Below, piece after piece: positions 47,733 through 57,893 of a stretch of DNA of 64,000 nt. Each line of letters starts with the position of its first letter. Positions within the stretch are counted from its first letter, which is position 1. The notes under the pieces are model-generated. The model was given only the letters and a program-made list of their open reading frames with translations. It had not been told where the DNA came from and did not search any database. The stretch comes from Firmicutes bacterium ADurb.Bin080 (lineage in GTDB: Bacteria > Bacillota > Clostridia > Christensenellales > DTU072): assembly GCA_002070965.1 (NCBI GenBank), contig MWEH01000095.1, positions 6,349 through 70,348 on the forward strand, given 5' to 3'. The position numbers and the translations under genes were made by a program.

Positions 47733-49004
47733 TTACTTTACCTCCTTAGTGATGTAATCTGCTATCTCTTCATCAGTATAATATCTTGCAGTAGAATATG
47801 TTCTAAACTTGTTGCTGTTAGTAATAACAGGTACTTTACTGGATCCTGGGCTTGCAGAATATGTTAACGGGCATATGAAACTGACAACTACTCCTGTCTT
47901 CTTTAACCTCTCAGCATACTCTGTTTTGTCAAACTCCTTTTTTACAGCCGTAGGAGTAGTAAAAACTGTGGGTATCGTCACTTTCTTAGTCCCATTCTTT
48001 TTTAAATTTTCTTCTATTCTTTCAGTCCATTCAATCAACTGCACTAGCGAAAGATGTGGACAGCCAATAAAACATAGTTTAGGAACAGCATTTGGGTCCT
48101 CCCAAATTACAGGGTAGCTTGCCTTTACTCTCTCGAGCTCGGCATCATCTATCACATATGTCTTTGCACCTTCTTTTATTATCTTTTCTCCCAATTCAAC
48201 AGCTTCTGGTGTTAAATTCTCTATGTGGTAAAGTCCTACTGCTCCGTTACTTGCGGTTGCAGCCCCAAAATCCTTAAGATAGCTTGTCGTTTTTTCATCA
48301 AGTATATTTCCGATAAACTTATCAAGACCTTTTACGAATGGGACCTGATCAACAACCTTCATCCCAATTGCACTCCCGAGAATTTGTGCTTCCGGCTTCT
48401 TGGTTGTCTTGACCTCCACTATCCAGTCGGCTTTTCTATTATCATCTAAAATAAAACCAAACGCGGGGACTAACCCAAGAACAGAACCAAAGAGCTCTAA
48501 AATTCCTGAGTTTCTGTTGCATCTTGCACCGAGAACTGAATTTGCATAAACTACCGCGGATGACTCAGCCCATGAAAGAACATCTCCTTTTTTGGGAATA
48601 TTTCCCACTTCTTTCTGGTAACAGGTACATGTATGAGCGTCCTCATCCTTCTTCCCTAATTGCCAAAGTTGCTTTTCATATCTCTTTTGTTGAGAATAAA
48701 CAATTTTAAAAATGAGCTTTTCAAGAGGTGAACATGGTACATTCTTGTCATAAGGTCTGGGGTCAAGTGTAAATTTCTCTTTGGGAAGAGCCCCGTCATC
48801 TATTAGTCTCTGCATAAGATTAAACGCAGCCTTCCAGGAAATAACTCCCGCATTCGTAACTAGGTGTCCATATTCTTGGGTTACGGGAACCATTTTTTCC
48901 GCACCATACAATTCGCCATACTTAATCAGCGTTTTCATTATCTTGGCTTTTGTTTCCCCTTGTTTTCCATCCAGAATAGATTGTTGTTCTTCGGTCAAAA
49001 ACAT
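47733..49004 (-). CDS. aconitase X catalytic-domain protein (DUF521, AcnX large subunit)
   Basis: LTEEQQSILDG..GE..AK.M..L..YGE.. N-terminus and conserved Cys-containing segments. Adjacent to the DUF126 partner. Start at the ATG at 49004 after GAGGGAGGG. Confidence 0.7.
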   Translation of the reverse strand: MFLTEEQQSILDGKQGETKAKIMKTLIKYGELYGAEKMVPVTQEYGHLVTNAGVISWKAAFNLMQRLIDDGALPKEKFTLDPRPYDKNVPCSPLEKLIFKIVYSQQKRYEKQLWQLGKKDEDAHTCTCYQKEVGNIPKKGDVLSWAESSAVVYANSVLGARCNRNSGILELFGSVLGLVPAFGFILDDNRKADWIVEVKTTKKPEAQILGSAIGMKVVDQVPFVKGLDKFIGNILDEKTTSYLKDFGAATASNGAVGLYHIENLTPEAVELGEKIIKEGAKTYVIDDAELERVKASYPVIWEDPNAVPKLCFIGCPHLSLVQLIEWTERIEENLKKNGTKKVTIPTVFTTPTAVKKEFDKTEYAERLKKTGVVVSFICPLTYSASPGSSKVPVITNSNKFRTYSTARYYTDEEIADYITKEVK

Positions 49005-49268
49005 ATATATACCCTCCCTCAATGCGCTTAAGAAGCGTTATCTCTCAATAAAACAATTGTTAGCCACTGTTTTATATCATACCAAATTTAATCGTGAGAT
49101 TAAAGACCGATTTTATAAAAAACCGTATATTTTTATAGGTTTTCGCTCTTGATAACTTTCAATCGGTCTTTTTAGAAAAGATACCTTCCGAATATAATAT
49201 TATACTGAAATCTGGAAGAAATCGGGATCTATGCCAGTCTATTATTTAAAAATATCATTCAATAACTT

Positions 49269-50453
49269 TTAAGGTCTAAATACTGGGATAAGTGTTTTTG
49301 CGGTAGTAAGAAGCTTGTTAAATCCTCTTTGTTTTGTATCGAGTTTAGAATACACTAATGCTGCTGTTCTCACTACACCAATTACACCCTTATTCTTGGG
49401 GTCTATTTTTGTGCATAACGCCGTTGCCGTACGAAGGGCAATGCCGACCCCAAATTTAACCGGATTAGTCGTGGGGTACAAAGCGATTACTGTCCTAAGT
49501 GCCCCCCTTAAGTCATTATACCCCAGTCTATTAGCACTGGAGGTAGCAACAGTTTTTCCTTTATTAATTTCTTTAATAGGTCTTCTTAAAAGTTTTCTTT
49601 TAAAAACCCTCTTCATTACTTTTTTCCCAGGAAAAATCCGGAATACTACTCCGTTATTCTTTGTGAAGACTTCAACCTTGGGAGCATAGTCAAGGGAAAG
49701 TAAAGCGCAGTATACATGTGAAGCACAAATACCTATATCTATATTAGGATATGCCCATTTGAAAGGTTTAAAATCACCTGGAAGTCCAATTAGAATACTT
49801 TCAAAATTATCATCGAAAGAGAATCTCCAGGGTTGCATATTTACTGCTGAGGGAGAGCGCATTCCCATATCCAAAGCGAACATTATATCTTGGGGTATTT
49901 TGGGTTCAGCTGATGGCTCTTCAAGCAATTCTGAAAGCACCTTTCTATTCAAAGAAAAAACTGTCTTAACTAACCTGTCATAAAACCTTAGCCCCTTTTC
50001 TTCAAAGTAACCTACAGGACAGCAACAAACAGTTGCTCGGCTCATTACCGAAGGGTCACTAATTCCAGGATTGTCAACTCCCACCAACGCTTCCGGAGAA
50101 ACAGAAAGAAGCTCCGATTTTTTAAAGGTTCCTATCCAACAAGTAGAAAGGCCCAGTGAAGTTGCCTTAAGAACTGAAAGTTCGCCGATGAATCCCGTTT
50201 TCCCTAAAGAAATGGGGTCTAGATCAGATATAAAAGCCATGTTGTCTTCCGGGGCACGGATTGTGTAATATAGTTCCTTCGTGGGCTGACTCTTAAAAAA
50301 CTTTATCTCCGTATTATGTTGAAAAGGAAATGGAAAGGTCTTGATAAACTTCGAAAGTTCTGCCATCGCCTCCCCTTCAATGGGATCGCTTTTAAAACTT
50401 CTAACCGATCTTCTGTTTTCAATAGCAGTTTTTGCATCAAATAACCCGTTCAT
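49269..50453 (-). CDS. nitroreductase-family protein with a ~110-aa basic C-terminal extension
   Basis: The N-terminus ..AIENRRSVRSF.. is the nitroreductase hallmark. The C-terminal part (KRKLLRRPIKEINKGK...GVGIALRTATALCTKIDPKNKGVIGVVRTAALVYSKLDTKQRGF..) has no motif I recognise. Confidence 0.55.
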   Translation of the reverse strand: MNGLFDAKTAIENRRSVRSFKSDPIEGEAMAELSKFIKTFPFPFQHNTEIKFFKSQPTKELYYTIRAPEDNMAFISDLDPISLGKTGFIGELSVLKATSLGLSTCWIGTFKKSELLSVSPEALVGVDNPGISDPSVMSRATVCCCPVGYFEEKGLRFYDRLVKTVFSLNRKVLSELLEEPSAEPKIPQDIMFALDMGMRSPSAVNMQPWRFSFDDNFESILIGLPGDFKPFKWAYPNIDIGICASHVYCALLSLDYAPKVEVFTKNNGVVFRIFPGKKVMKRVFKRKLLRRPIKEINKGKTVATSSANRLGYNDLRGALRTVIALYPTTNPVKFGVGIALRTATALCTKIDPKNKGVIGVVRTAALVYSKLDTKQRGFNKLLTTAKTLIPVFRP

Positions 50454-50605
50454 TCTTTCTCCTTTAATATTACTCACATATCAAAGTACATAAAATAATT
50501 TGGATGGTAATGAAATTTTTCGCGGATATCCTAACTTGAAGTCATCAACTTTCTTTATTCGGAGCACATTCGATAATTGTAGAAAGAAACATTATCCTTG
50601 ATTAG

Positions 50606-53600
50606 TTAGTCTTCGTTGTTTTGGGGGTCTTCTACTATATTGCCACCTGTATTTTCTTCTGCCCAGTTTTCATTTAGTGGAAAAGGACTGTCTTCTACTC
50701 TTTCATCTAATTCCCTTCCATACTCCTCTACTGTCCCATAAATAAGAGGCGTTTCAAGAGACTTGAGAGTGTTTTCCTCGCCTATGTATTTTCGAGTTGT
50801 TTTCTTTTTATTCCACTCTCTTATTGGGGGAATAATCCTAATTTGCTTCCCTTCTATTACTCCCCTTATTTGATTGGTGAAGAAATGGTCGGTCTCATCG
50901 AATATGTTGTCCTCATCAATCTTATCAATATTTGCATCCTTCAAAGCCTTGAATTCTTCGGGAATCTTATACTTCCTATTAATTATATCATAAGCGATAG
51001 GGACTACATAAAGGGTAACAAATGTCGCATAACCTAACCCTCCAACCATAGCTATTGCTATTGGAGCGAGTAGCAGACCATAATCGGTCCGATTTGTAGC
51101 CATAATAATCATAGCTGAAATAGTTGTTAAAGCAGTCAAGAGAATTGGTCTAAGCCTATCCACGCCTGTTTTCAGCAATGCTTCTCGCTTATCTATTCCA
51201 GACTCAATAACCTTGTCGGTGTAATCAACGAAAACAATCCCGTTATTAACCACAACCCCCATGAGAATTATAATCCCAATAAGGGACATTATGTTAATTG
51301 AAGTACCGGTAAGAAGCATCAATGCAAAAGACCCAGTAAACGCTAATGGAACGGTAAACATTACTATGAAAGGTTTTTTCCAGCTTTGGAATTGAGCAAC
51401 CATTATAAGGAAAATCAATATAATTGCAGCTCCCAAAATCAAGTAAAGATTATTGAAGACCTCATCCATTATTCCAATCGCTTCTTTAGTATCAACCGAA
51501 ATAGTTGAAGGTTTACTTTCATTATATACCCCCACTATATCATTAATATCGTTAACAGCATCACTTTCCGAGTAAGCACCGTCATATTCGACAGTTAAAG
51601 TGATGATCTTTCTTCCCTCAGAGTGTTTAATCCCCGTGTATCCGGAGGTCTTTACAAAAGATGCCGGAATATCCTCCGAAAATCCAGAACGGTATAAAAC
51701 ATTCCCTGAATTATCTTTTGAAAAACAATCTTCTGTAAGAAGCTTGTATAAAGGAACGGATTTAGTGGTAGCTCCTGTCCCAAGAACATCACTTCCCTCA
51801 ATATTAAGGGTCATGAGGTCAATCTCATCCCTTTTTATCGAATAGAATTGGGTCATCTGTTCTACGGTTATCCCTTGTGTTGAGTACGTTATATCGTGTA
51901 GTCCCGTATCCTCGTTCTCGGTTACCACGGCATAATCATATGAGAAAGCCCCATCTTCAAAACTTACCGGTATCATTTGATTCGTCCCTATTACCTCGAC
52001 GAATCCCGAGTCTTTTACAAATAAAGTGTTTCCGCTTGTATTTTTTACAAAATATTGGTTCTCTTCCCCACCGTAGTCATAGTTGTTATTGACAAAGATC
52101 TTTATCGGGGTTCCATTTCTCTCCCCTAACAACCAACTTGTGTTTTCGTATATTTCAGAATAAATCATTACATCGTAATCGGTTTTCACTGAGTTAGTAT
52201 CATCCGCATACAGTCTTAAAGTGTGGGAAGAGGATACTGATTTTAATGCATCCGAAATTTGCAAGTATACCTGGCCAGTTGTAAGCCCGTATTTTGAAGC
52301 TTCATCTTTATCTACTATTAGCTTATATTCTTCTGCGGCTGTGTCCACATTCTTTTTAACTGATACTATCTTTTCAGAAGCACTTATCGCTAAAGCAAGT
52401 TTATCTGCTTCTTCAATCATTTGGTCATAATCATTTCCGAAAACATAAATGCTATATTCTGTGTCCACAAAGGACCCGGAAAAGGACATTATTGAACTAA
52501 CTGAAACGGAGGTAGTAAATAATTTTCCCCCAACGGCATCTAGAGATTTTTCTATTTCTTCACATAAATCAAAAGGATCCATCGTTCTTTCTTTTTCCGT
52601 TACTAAGGAAAGAGAGGCCGAAAGTGCGCCACCTCCTATTGAAAAACCACCTACACTCATCCCTGTATCTGAATATATTGCCGCCGCTTCAATATCTGGA
52701 TAGTTATTAAAAATATCTAATGCTTTTGTAACTATCTCAGCCTCTATATCCTCAGTGGTTAAATATCCTTCATCCATAACCGATAAACCAAAGTTTCTCT
52801 CATCAATCGCATCTTTGTTTATGTCAAAGCTAACACTCACCGATCCCATATATGTTTTCGGAAAGACTTCTGTTTTGGACACAAAAAAGCCGGAAAGAGT
52901 CATTCCAACAAATAAGATTAAAGTTATCGACAAGACAATCCATTTATTGTTTAGCGAGAAATTCAATGATCTAATATATGCCTTCTTCACAGACTTAATA
53001 AACCTTGAGTCATTCTTGGGGAGTTCTTTAATAATGTATGCTGTAGAAATGGGAATAACCGTTAGAGCTACAAATAAGGATGCCAAGAGTGAAAAACATA
53101 CGGTTAAAGCCATATCAGTAAGAATTTCTCTTACTAATCCACTAATAAATACTATCGGAAGAAAAACAACTATTGTAGTCATAGTGGAGGCAAAAATCGC
53201 TCCTGTCATTTGCTTCGCACCTTGAATAGCGGACTCGAATCGGGTTTTTCCTTGTAATCTCAACCTTTGAATGTTTTCTAAGACAACGATTGAATTGTCC
53301 ACCAACATCCCAACTCCAAGAGTTAATCCACCCATAGACACTATGTTAAGGGTAATTCCTGCAAAGTACATTAGAACAAAAGTGAATACCACGGAAAAGA
53401 CAATGGATATAGAAACCGCTATTGTGGGTTTAATCCTCTTAAAGAAAATCAAAAGAACTGCAGCTGCAAGCACTGCTCCCCAAAGCAAACTTTCAAGAAC
53501 AGAGTTCATCATAAACCCTATCATACGACCATCATCCGAAATCACGTTAAAAGTAAAACTTTCTCTTTCTGCTTTGATATTTTCTAATAATGCTTTGATT

Positions 53601-56302
53601 TGGTCTGAAACAACAGTGGTGGAAGCATCGGCCTCTTTCTCTATTGTCAAAACAACAGAAGGACTAGAACTAAAATTCCCATTTCCATCGTTAACTAACA
53701 ACCTTGTTATCAATTTTGAGGAATCGTTCAAGAATATCATGTCCGCTATATCCCCGATTTTTAAATCAATCGTAAGATCGTCTGTAGCTTCTCTCATAGT
53801 TTCTTTTATAATGTTTACATCAATAGCGTAACTGTTTTCTCCAGTATCCTCATCTGTAGTAACAACAACTGCACCCTCTCCACCGTAATCTTGAAGTACC
53901 TCAAGCACGGCTTCTATTGTATTCCTAATATCTTCAGCGTTTCTTCCTGAAAGCATGCTAATATAATTATCGTAATTTTCTTCGCCCACTGACTCTCTAA
54001 TTGAGTTAACCCTACTTTCATAAGCTCCAAATTGAACTATATTCGTATCAATGGCAGTCGCAAAGGTATCTTTATACGCCGACCATATCCTAGCTGCAGT
54101 GATAGTAGTTCCTACTGGGATTACGGATGGGGAAGATGCATTAGTATCCATGAAATCCAATATTAAGTACTGCCAGTTATCGGTTGTATTGATACCCGAG
54201 GTAACAGCTTGAAAAGCTACGTCCTCCTGAAGGGATAGACTCCAAGCATCTACAAAAGATGTGCTTAAATAAAATTCAGTATTTGGAGTCCTGTTAGCAA
54301 TCAGATTAATCGCCCAGTCGGCATAACCCTCCGTATCTGTGGGTTTACCCACATTCAATGCAGTTAGTGTCGCATTTAACGAGTTATCATAATAGGCGGT
54401 ATATCCGGCATTCCACCCTGTTGAGGGATAAATATTGTTATCAGTAACATAACCTAAAACATATTTTTGCCAATGAGTTCCAGAAACAAGAGCTAGAAGA
54501 TTATTACCAAGAGTCAAATCGGAAGTTATAACATTTCTCCACTCATTCACCTGCTCGGGAGTCAATGCATAACTAAAAACCGAGTAATTATTTGCAATAT
54601 TTATTATGTAATCAGCAGACTGTTCCAAAAAAGCTTCTTTATAATCCTCATCTGTTGAATAGCCCGATCTCAAAACCCTTCCATCTGCCGTATCTTCAAG
54701 CTCTTCGGTGATTCTGCTAGTATAATGTTCGGTATACTCTGAATTCCAAATCAAGGGGTCGGCTATAACAGAATCAGAAGAAAGATAAATTTCTGAATCT
54801 CTAATCAATTCAAAAACTTGAGTTCTCCATTCAAGAGGCAAATCCCCCTCATATTCTTCCATTAATTCTATGAAGTCAGGGTTATTGTCTATAATTTCTT
54901 TCCAATCATCTTGGGCCGCTTCAGACATGTATAAATTTGAAAATGTAAAGTCGCTTACGACATTATCTATTACCCACTGTGAGTAATCATTAACTTCTTC
55001 TGCAGTCCTGGCCAATTCTTCAGAAATAAAGGCTATGTCATCATCGGTTATTGTGTATATCCCGTCTTCGGCAGTATAGGACATTATTGTCAGTATAGTT
55101 TCGATTTGGACTATATATTCTTCTACAATATTACCTATGTCTATACTAACTGCAGCCGTCTCCATAAACTCTTCTCTTGAATTTACGTTATTGCCTATCT
55201 TCACCACAAAACTTGTGGCCCCCTGAGTGATATTACCAGCCGGCATATCAAAATCCTGTGCCATAATAATGGAGGATAAAATCTCAGAATTAATTGCTGA
55301 AAGCATACTTCTTGTGTAACCATATGCCATATTTATAAGGCCTGAATAAAAAATCTCGTCTATTGTATCTCCGAATATCTTTTTGTTTTCTTCCCCATCT
55401 TCAAGCATAAACTTGTTTTCTAAAACCAAATCAATCATATCTATAGTTACTGCTCTAAATTCAGAATCGGGGTTTCTAAGTTCGGGTAAAAGAATGCTCG
55501 TAATTAAGTTCTCTTCACTTGTCCCCTCCCCTTGAGTATCCTCGAGCTCTTCCACGAGTCTATCTAAAACTTTTTCGGGATCTATTTCCCCACCTGTCGA
55601 AAGGGTCTCATCATCTTCAGCATCTTCTACTATTTCTTGTAAACTAGTTCGTATAGTTTCCTTTTGACCTTCGGAAATTTTTAAAGTAATTCCAAAATCC
55701 CCCGCTGTTCCAGAAACAAAAGTCTCCGCTGTTTTCTGGCTGTTCAGATTCATAAGGACCAAATTGGAAACTAACCCATTTGCTGAAACTGCAGCAACTC
55801 CATCTATAGCTGCTATCTGGCTAACTACTCCTTCCAAATAATCGGAAACATTCTCAATGGTCTCATTTGCAACCCCAATACTTACAGTCATCATAGGTAA
55901 GAGCGCTGCACTTATTTCAATTATTATTGGATCCTGTCTTAAGGGGTCACTAGGTAAACTTATTAATTTTAGACCTGATTCAATATCTTGTTTTACCTCA
56001 GAGGAGTCCGCCTCGTTAGACAATTCTAGAGTAATCATTGAATAGTGTTCCGCAGAAGTAGAAGTCATCTTTTTAATGCCTGATATCTTTGCTACAACCG
56101 ATTCAATAGGAGTAGTAACATCCTTTTCGACGACATCAGGGACAGCACCTGGAAACACCGTGACAACAACAATATAGGGAAGATCCATTTCGGGTAACAA
56201 ATCAACAGAAGTGTTCAAATATGAAACAACCCCTAATGCAATGACAATAATGACTACTACAATAATCAACAGGGGTTTCTTAACACTTAGTTTTGCGAGC
56301 AT
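50606..56302 (-). CDS. RND-superfamily (AcrB/SwrC-like) permease with greatly expanded extracytoplasmic loops
   Basis: AcrB-like N-terminus (..LLPEMDLPYIVVVTVFPGA.PDVVEKDVT.PIE..) and TM-bundle motif GVGMLVDNSIVVLENI. 12-TM layout, but 1898 aa. Loop 1 spans roughly aa 30-935 and loop 2 roughly aa 1155-1620. Acidic ~130-aa C-terminal tail. Confidence 0.8.
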   Translation of the reverse strand: MLAKLSVKKPLLIIVVVIIVIALGVVSYLNTSVDLLPEMDLPYIVVVTVFPGAVPDVVEKDVTTPIESVVAKISGIKKMTSTSAEHYSMITLELSNEADSSEVKQDIESGLKLISLPSDPLRQDPIIIEISAALLPMMTVSIGVANETIENVSDYLEGVVSQIAAIDGVAAVSANGLVSNLVLMNLNSQKTAETFVSGTAGDFGITLKISEGQKETIRTSLQEIVEDAEDDETLSTGGEIDPEKVLDRLVEELEDTQGEGTSEENLITSILLPELRNPDSEFRAVTIDMIDLVLENKFMLEDGEENKKIFGDTIDEIFYSGLINMAYGYTRSMLSAINSEILSSIIMAQDFDMPAGNITQGATSFVVKIGNNVNSREEFMETAAVSIDIGNIVEEYIVQIETILTIMSYTAEDGIYTITDDDIAFISEELARTAEEVNDYSQWVIDNVVSDFTFSNLYMSEAAQDDWKEIIDNNPDFIELMEEYEGDLPLEWRTQVFELIRDSEIYLSSDSVIADPLIWNSEYTEHYTSRITEELEDTADGRVLRSGYSTDEDYKEAFLEQSADYIINIANNYSVFSYALTPEQVNEWRNVITSDLTLGNNLLALVSGTHWQKYVLGYVTDNNIYPSTGWNAGYTAYYDNSLNATLTALNVGKPTDTEGYADWAINLIANRTPNTEFYLSTSFVDAWSLSLQEDVAFQAVTSGINTTDNWQYLILDFMDTNASSPSVIPVGTTITAARIWSAYKDTFATAIDTNIVQFGAYESRVNSIRESVGEENYDNYISMLSGRNAEDIRNTIEAVLEVLQDYGGEGAVVVTTDEDTGENSYAIDVNIIKETMREATDDLTIDLKIGDIADMIFLNDSSKLITRLLVNDGNGNFSSSPSVVLTIEKEADASTTVVSDQIKALLENIKAERESFTFNVISDDGRMIGFMMNSVLESLLWGAVLAAAVLLIFFKRIKPTIAVSISIVFSVVFTFVLMYFAGITLNIVSMGGLTLGVGMLVDNSIVVLENIQRLRLQGKTRFESAIQGAKQMTGAIFASTMTTIVVFLPIVFISGLVREILTDMALTVCFSLLASLFVALTVIPISTAYIIKELPKNDSRFIKSVKKAYIRSLNFSLNNKWIVLSITLILFVGMTLSGFFVSKTEVFPKTYMGSVSVSFDINKDAIDERNFGLSVMDEGYLTTEDIEAEIVTKALDIFNNYPDIEAAAIYSDTGMSVGGFSIGGGALSASLSLVTEKERTMDPFDLCEEIEKSLDAVGGKLFTTSVSVSSIMSFSGSFVDTEYSIYVFGNDYDQMIEEADKLALAISASEKIVSVKKNVDTAAEEYKLIVDKDEASKYGLTTGQVYLQISDALKSVSSSHTLRLYADDTNSVKTDYDVMIYSEIYENTSWLLGERNGTPIKIFVNNNYDYGGEENQYFVKNTSGNTLFVKDSGFVEVIGTNQMIPVSFEDGAFSYDYAVVTENEDTGLHDITYSTQGITVEQMTQFYSIKRDEIDLMTLNIEGSDVLGTGATTKSVPLYKLLTEDCFSKDNSGNVLYRSGFSEDIPASFVKTSGYTGIKHSEGRKIITLTVEYDGAYSESDAVNDINDIVGVYNESKPSTISVDTKEAIGIMDEVFNNLYLILGAAIILIFLIMVAQFQSWKKPFIVMFTVPLAFTGSFALMLLTGTSINIMSLIGIIILMGVVVNNGIVFVDYTDKVIESGIDKREALLKTGVDRLRPILLTALTTISAMIIMATNRTDYGLLLAPIAIAMVGGLGYATFVTLYVVPIAYDIINRKYKIPEEFKALKDANIDKIDEDNIFDETDHFFTNQIRGVIEGKQIRIIPPIREWNKKKTTRKYIGEENTLKSLETPLIYGTVEEYGRELDERVEDSPFPLNENWAEENTGGNIVEDPQNNED

Positions 56303-56389
56303 ATTACTCCAGAATAACGGTCTTTTCTCCCCGGACCGTTTCGGGAAAAATTAGGATATGTTTAAGGCCTCATTACCTCGGCCCGATTG

Positions 56390-57619
56390 TTAATCAAAAT
56401 CGCCACCATATGGGTTCCAGTTAAAATCATCTTCTTCGGCCTCTCTTTCTCTTCTAAAAACCGTTCTCCCTTCAAGATTTTCTGAAGCAGGGGTAAAAAT
56501 ATCACTGCTCAAATCTATAATAGGATTGTAGTCAAAAGTTTCCTGAATATTCAAAATGAAATTAATCTCAAAAACATCCTTGACCCCATCAGTTGAAGTA
56601 ACGAAAGTATGAAGTAAACTCAATATGCTATTTACCTCGCTCTCGCTAGCTATCTCCAGTTCAGATGCAATTAGCTTAATGTCTGCATCTGGAACTCTTA
56701 TCGTAATCTTGCTCTCATATCCTGAAGAGAGGAGATAACCTTCTGCATTTGCACTTCCTGTGTATACAGTATCCCCAATTGTAATCCAGCCTTTTGCCAT
56801 TTCGTAATATGATGAATAAACATTTTGAACAAATTCCAGCATCTCTTCATCATCTAGATTAAGAATATACTCCCCATAAACTTCATTTACTTCAGCTAGA
56901 ATCATATCGAGCAAACTTCCCCCGGGAATAGTATATTGAAAGTTAAACTCTCCAGTCCCTATGTTAATTTCATCTCCCAAAGAATTAGTTAATACTGAAA
57001 AGTCAACCGTGGGAACTATAGGTTTCATAACTGTTTCTAAAATGTCTATTTCTTTAATATAATTAAAATCATTACTCTCCTGCTCAGCCAAAATATCGTA
57101 AAAGCCAGCTCCAATAAACAGACTGTATTCAGTCTCATCCAAGGTATATTTGTAATCAGGAACAACTCCATCCGCGCATACATCTGCTCTTCCGTTTATG
57201 TTCCCGTTTGAATAGCCAATTTCAAAAACACCTTTAACCTCGCCTTTAATATATTTACCGAAGTCTTCCGGAGCGCGGGTCAATGCCATATCTACAATTG
57301 CTTTTAATGCAGTTGATAACTTAAATTCGGAGGTGCCAATTGTCCCTTTTATGAGTATATCGCCTTCCTTTTGGACCCTTTCCATCGCGATTTCTTGGGT
57401 TATCCTCATAGGGTTACCTTGGACATCATATATGACTACAGATAGTCCTACAGTGCTATTTATTTTCTTGTCCTGGGTCTGTTCAGCCTTTGTAATAGCA
57501 GCAGCAAGCGACACATTTTCAATTACTTCCTCGGGGGTGCACCCAGGGAGAAAAACACTCCCAACTATAACCATTGCGACTAACAAAAATATACCAATTA
57601 ATCTATAAAATTTTGTCAT
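56390..57619 (-). CDS. putative lipoprotein, co-oriented immediately upstream of the giant RND gene
   Basis: Signal peptide ending in a lipobox-like FLPGC. Acidic mature protein without recognisable motifs. Confidence 0.55.
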   Translation of the reverse strand: MTKFYRLIGIFLLVAMVIVGSVFLPGCTPEEVIENVSLAAAITKAEQTQDKKINSTVGLSVVIYDVQGNPMRITQEIAMERVQKEGDILIKGTIGTSEFKLSTALKAIVDMALTRAPEDFGKYIKGEVKGVFEIGYSNGNINGRADVCADGVVPDYKYTLDETEYSLFIGAGFYDILAEQESNDFNYIKEIDILETVMKPIVPTVDFSVLTNSLGDEINIGTGEFNFQYTIPGGSLLDMILAEVNEVYGEYILNLDDEEMLEFVQNVYSSYYEMAKGWITIGDTVYTGSANAEGYLLSSGYESKITIRVPDADIKLIASELEIASESEVNSILSLLHTFVTSTDGVKDVFEINFILNIQETFDYNPIIDLSSDIFTPASENLEGRTVFRREREAEEDDFNWNPYGGDFD

Positions 57620-57893
57620 AATTCTCCGTTAAGAATATAAAAAATATAAAAAATTGAAATAATCACCCATTATATATATATAAGTAATTTTTAGTCTAAC
57701 ATAGAGAGTATATCAAATCAATATATACAAATAAAATTTTTTCAGCTAAAAACCAATAGAAGAAAACTCTCCCATTTCTTGAATGAAATTTTCCATTTTT
57801 TCTATGTAACTATGGGGGAAGTCCTTCAATTTGCCGTCAAAAAAAAGTTTCTTAGCTCTCGAAAATAGATAAATTTTTAGTAGAAAATCCAGT

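Noticed and set aside
53271-53831. Long antisense ORFs inside real genes (e.g. 53271..53831 186 aa, 52755..53225, 10749..11225, 12300..12749, 38524..38907, 49315..49689)
   Set aside because: They lie opposite strongly supported genes, lack RBSs, and have low-complexity or hydrophobic shadow-frame composition. They are treated as non-coding shadows.
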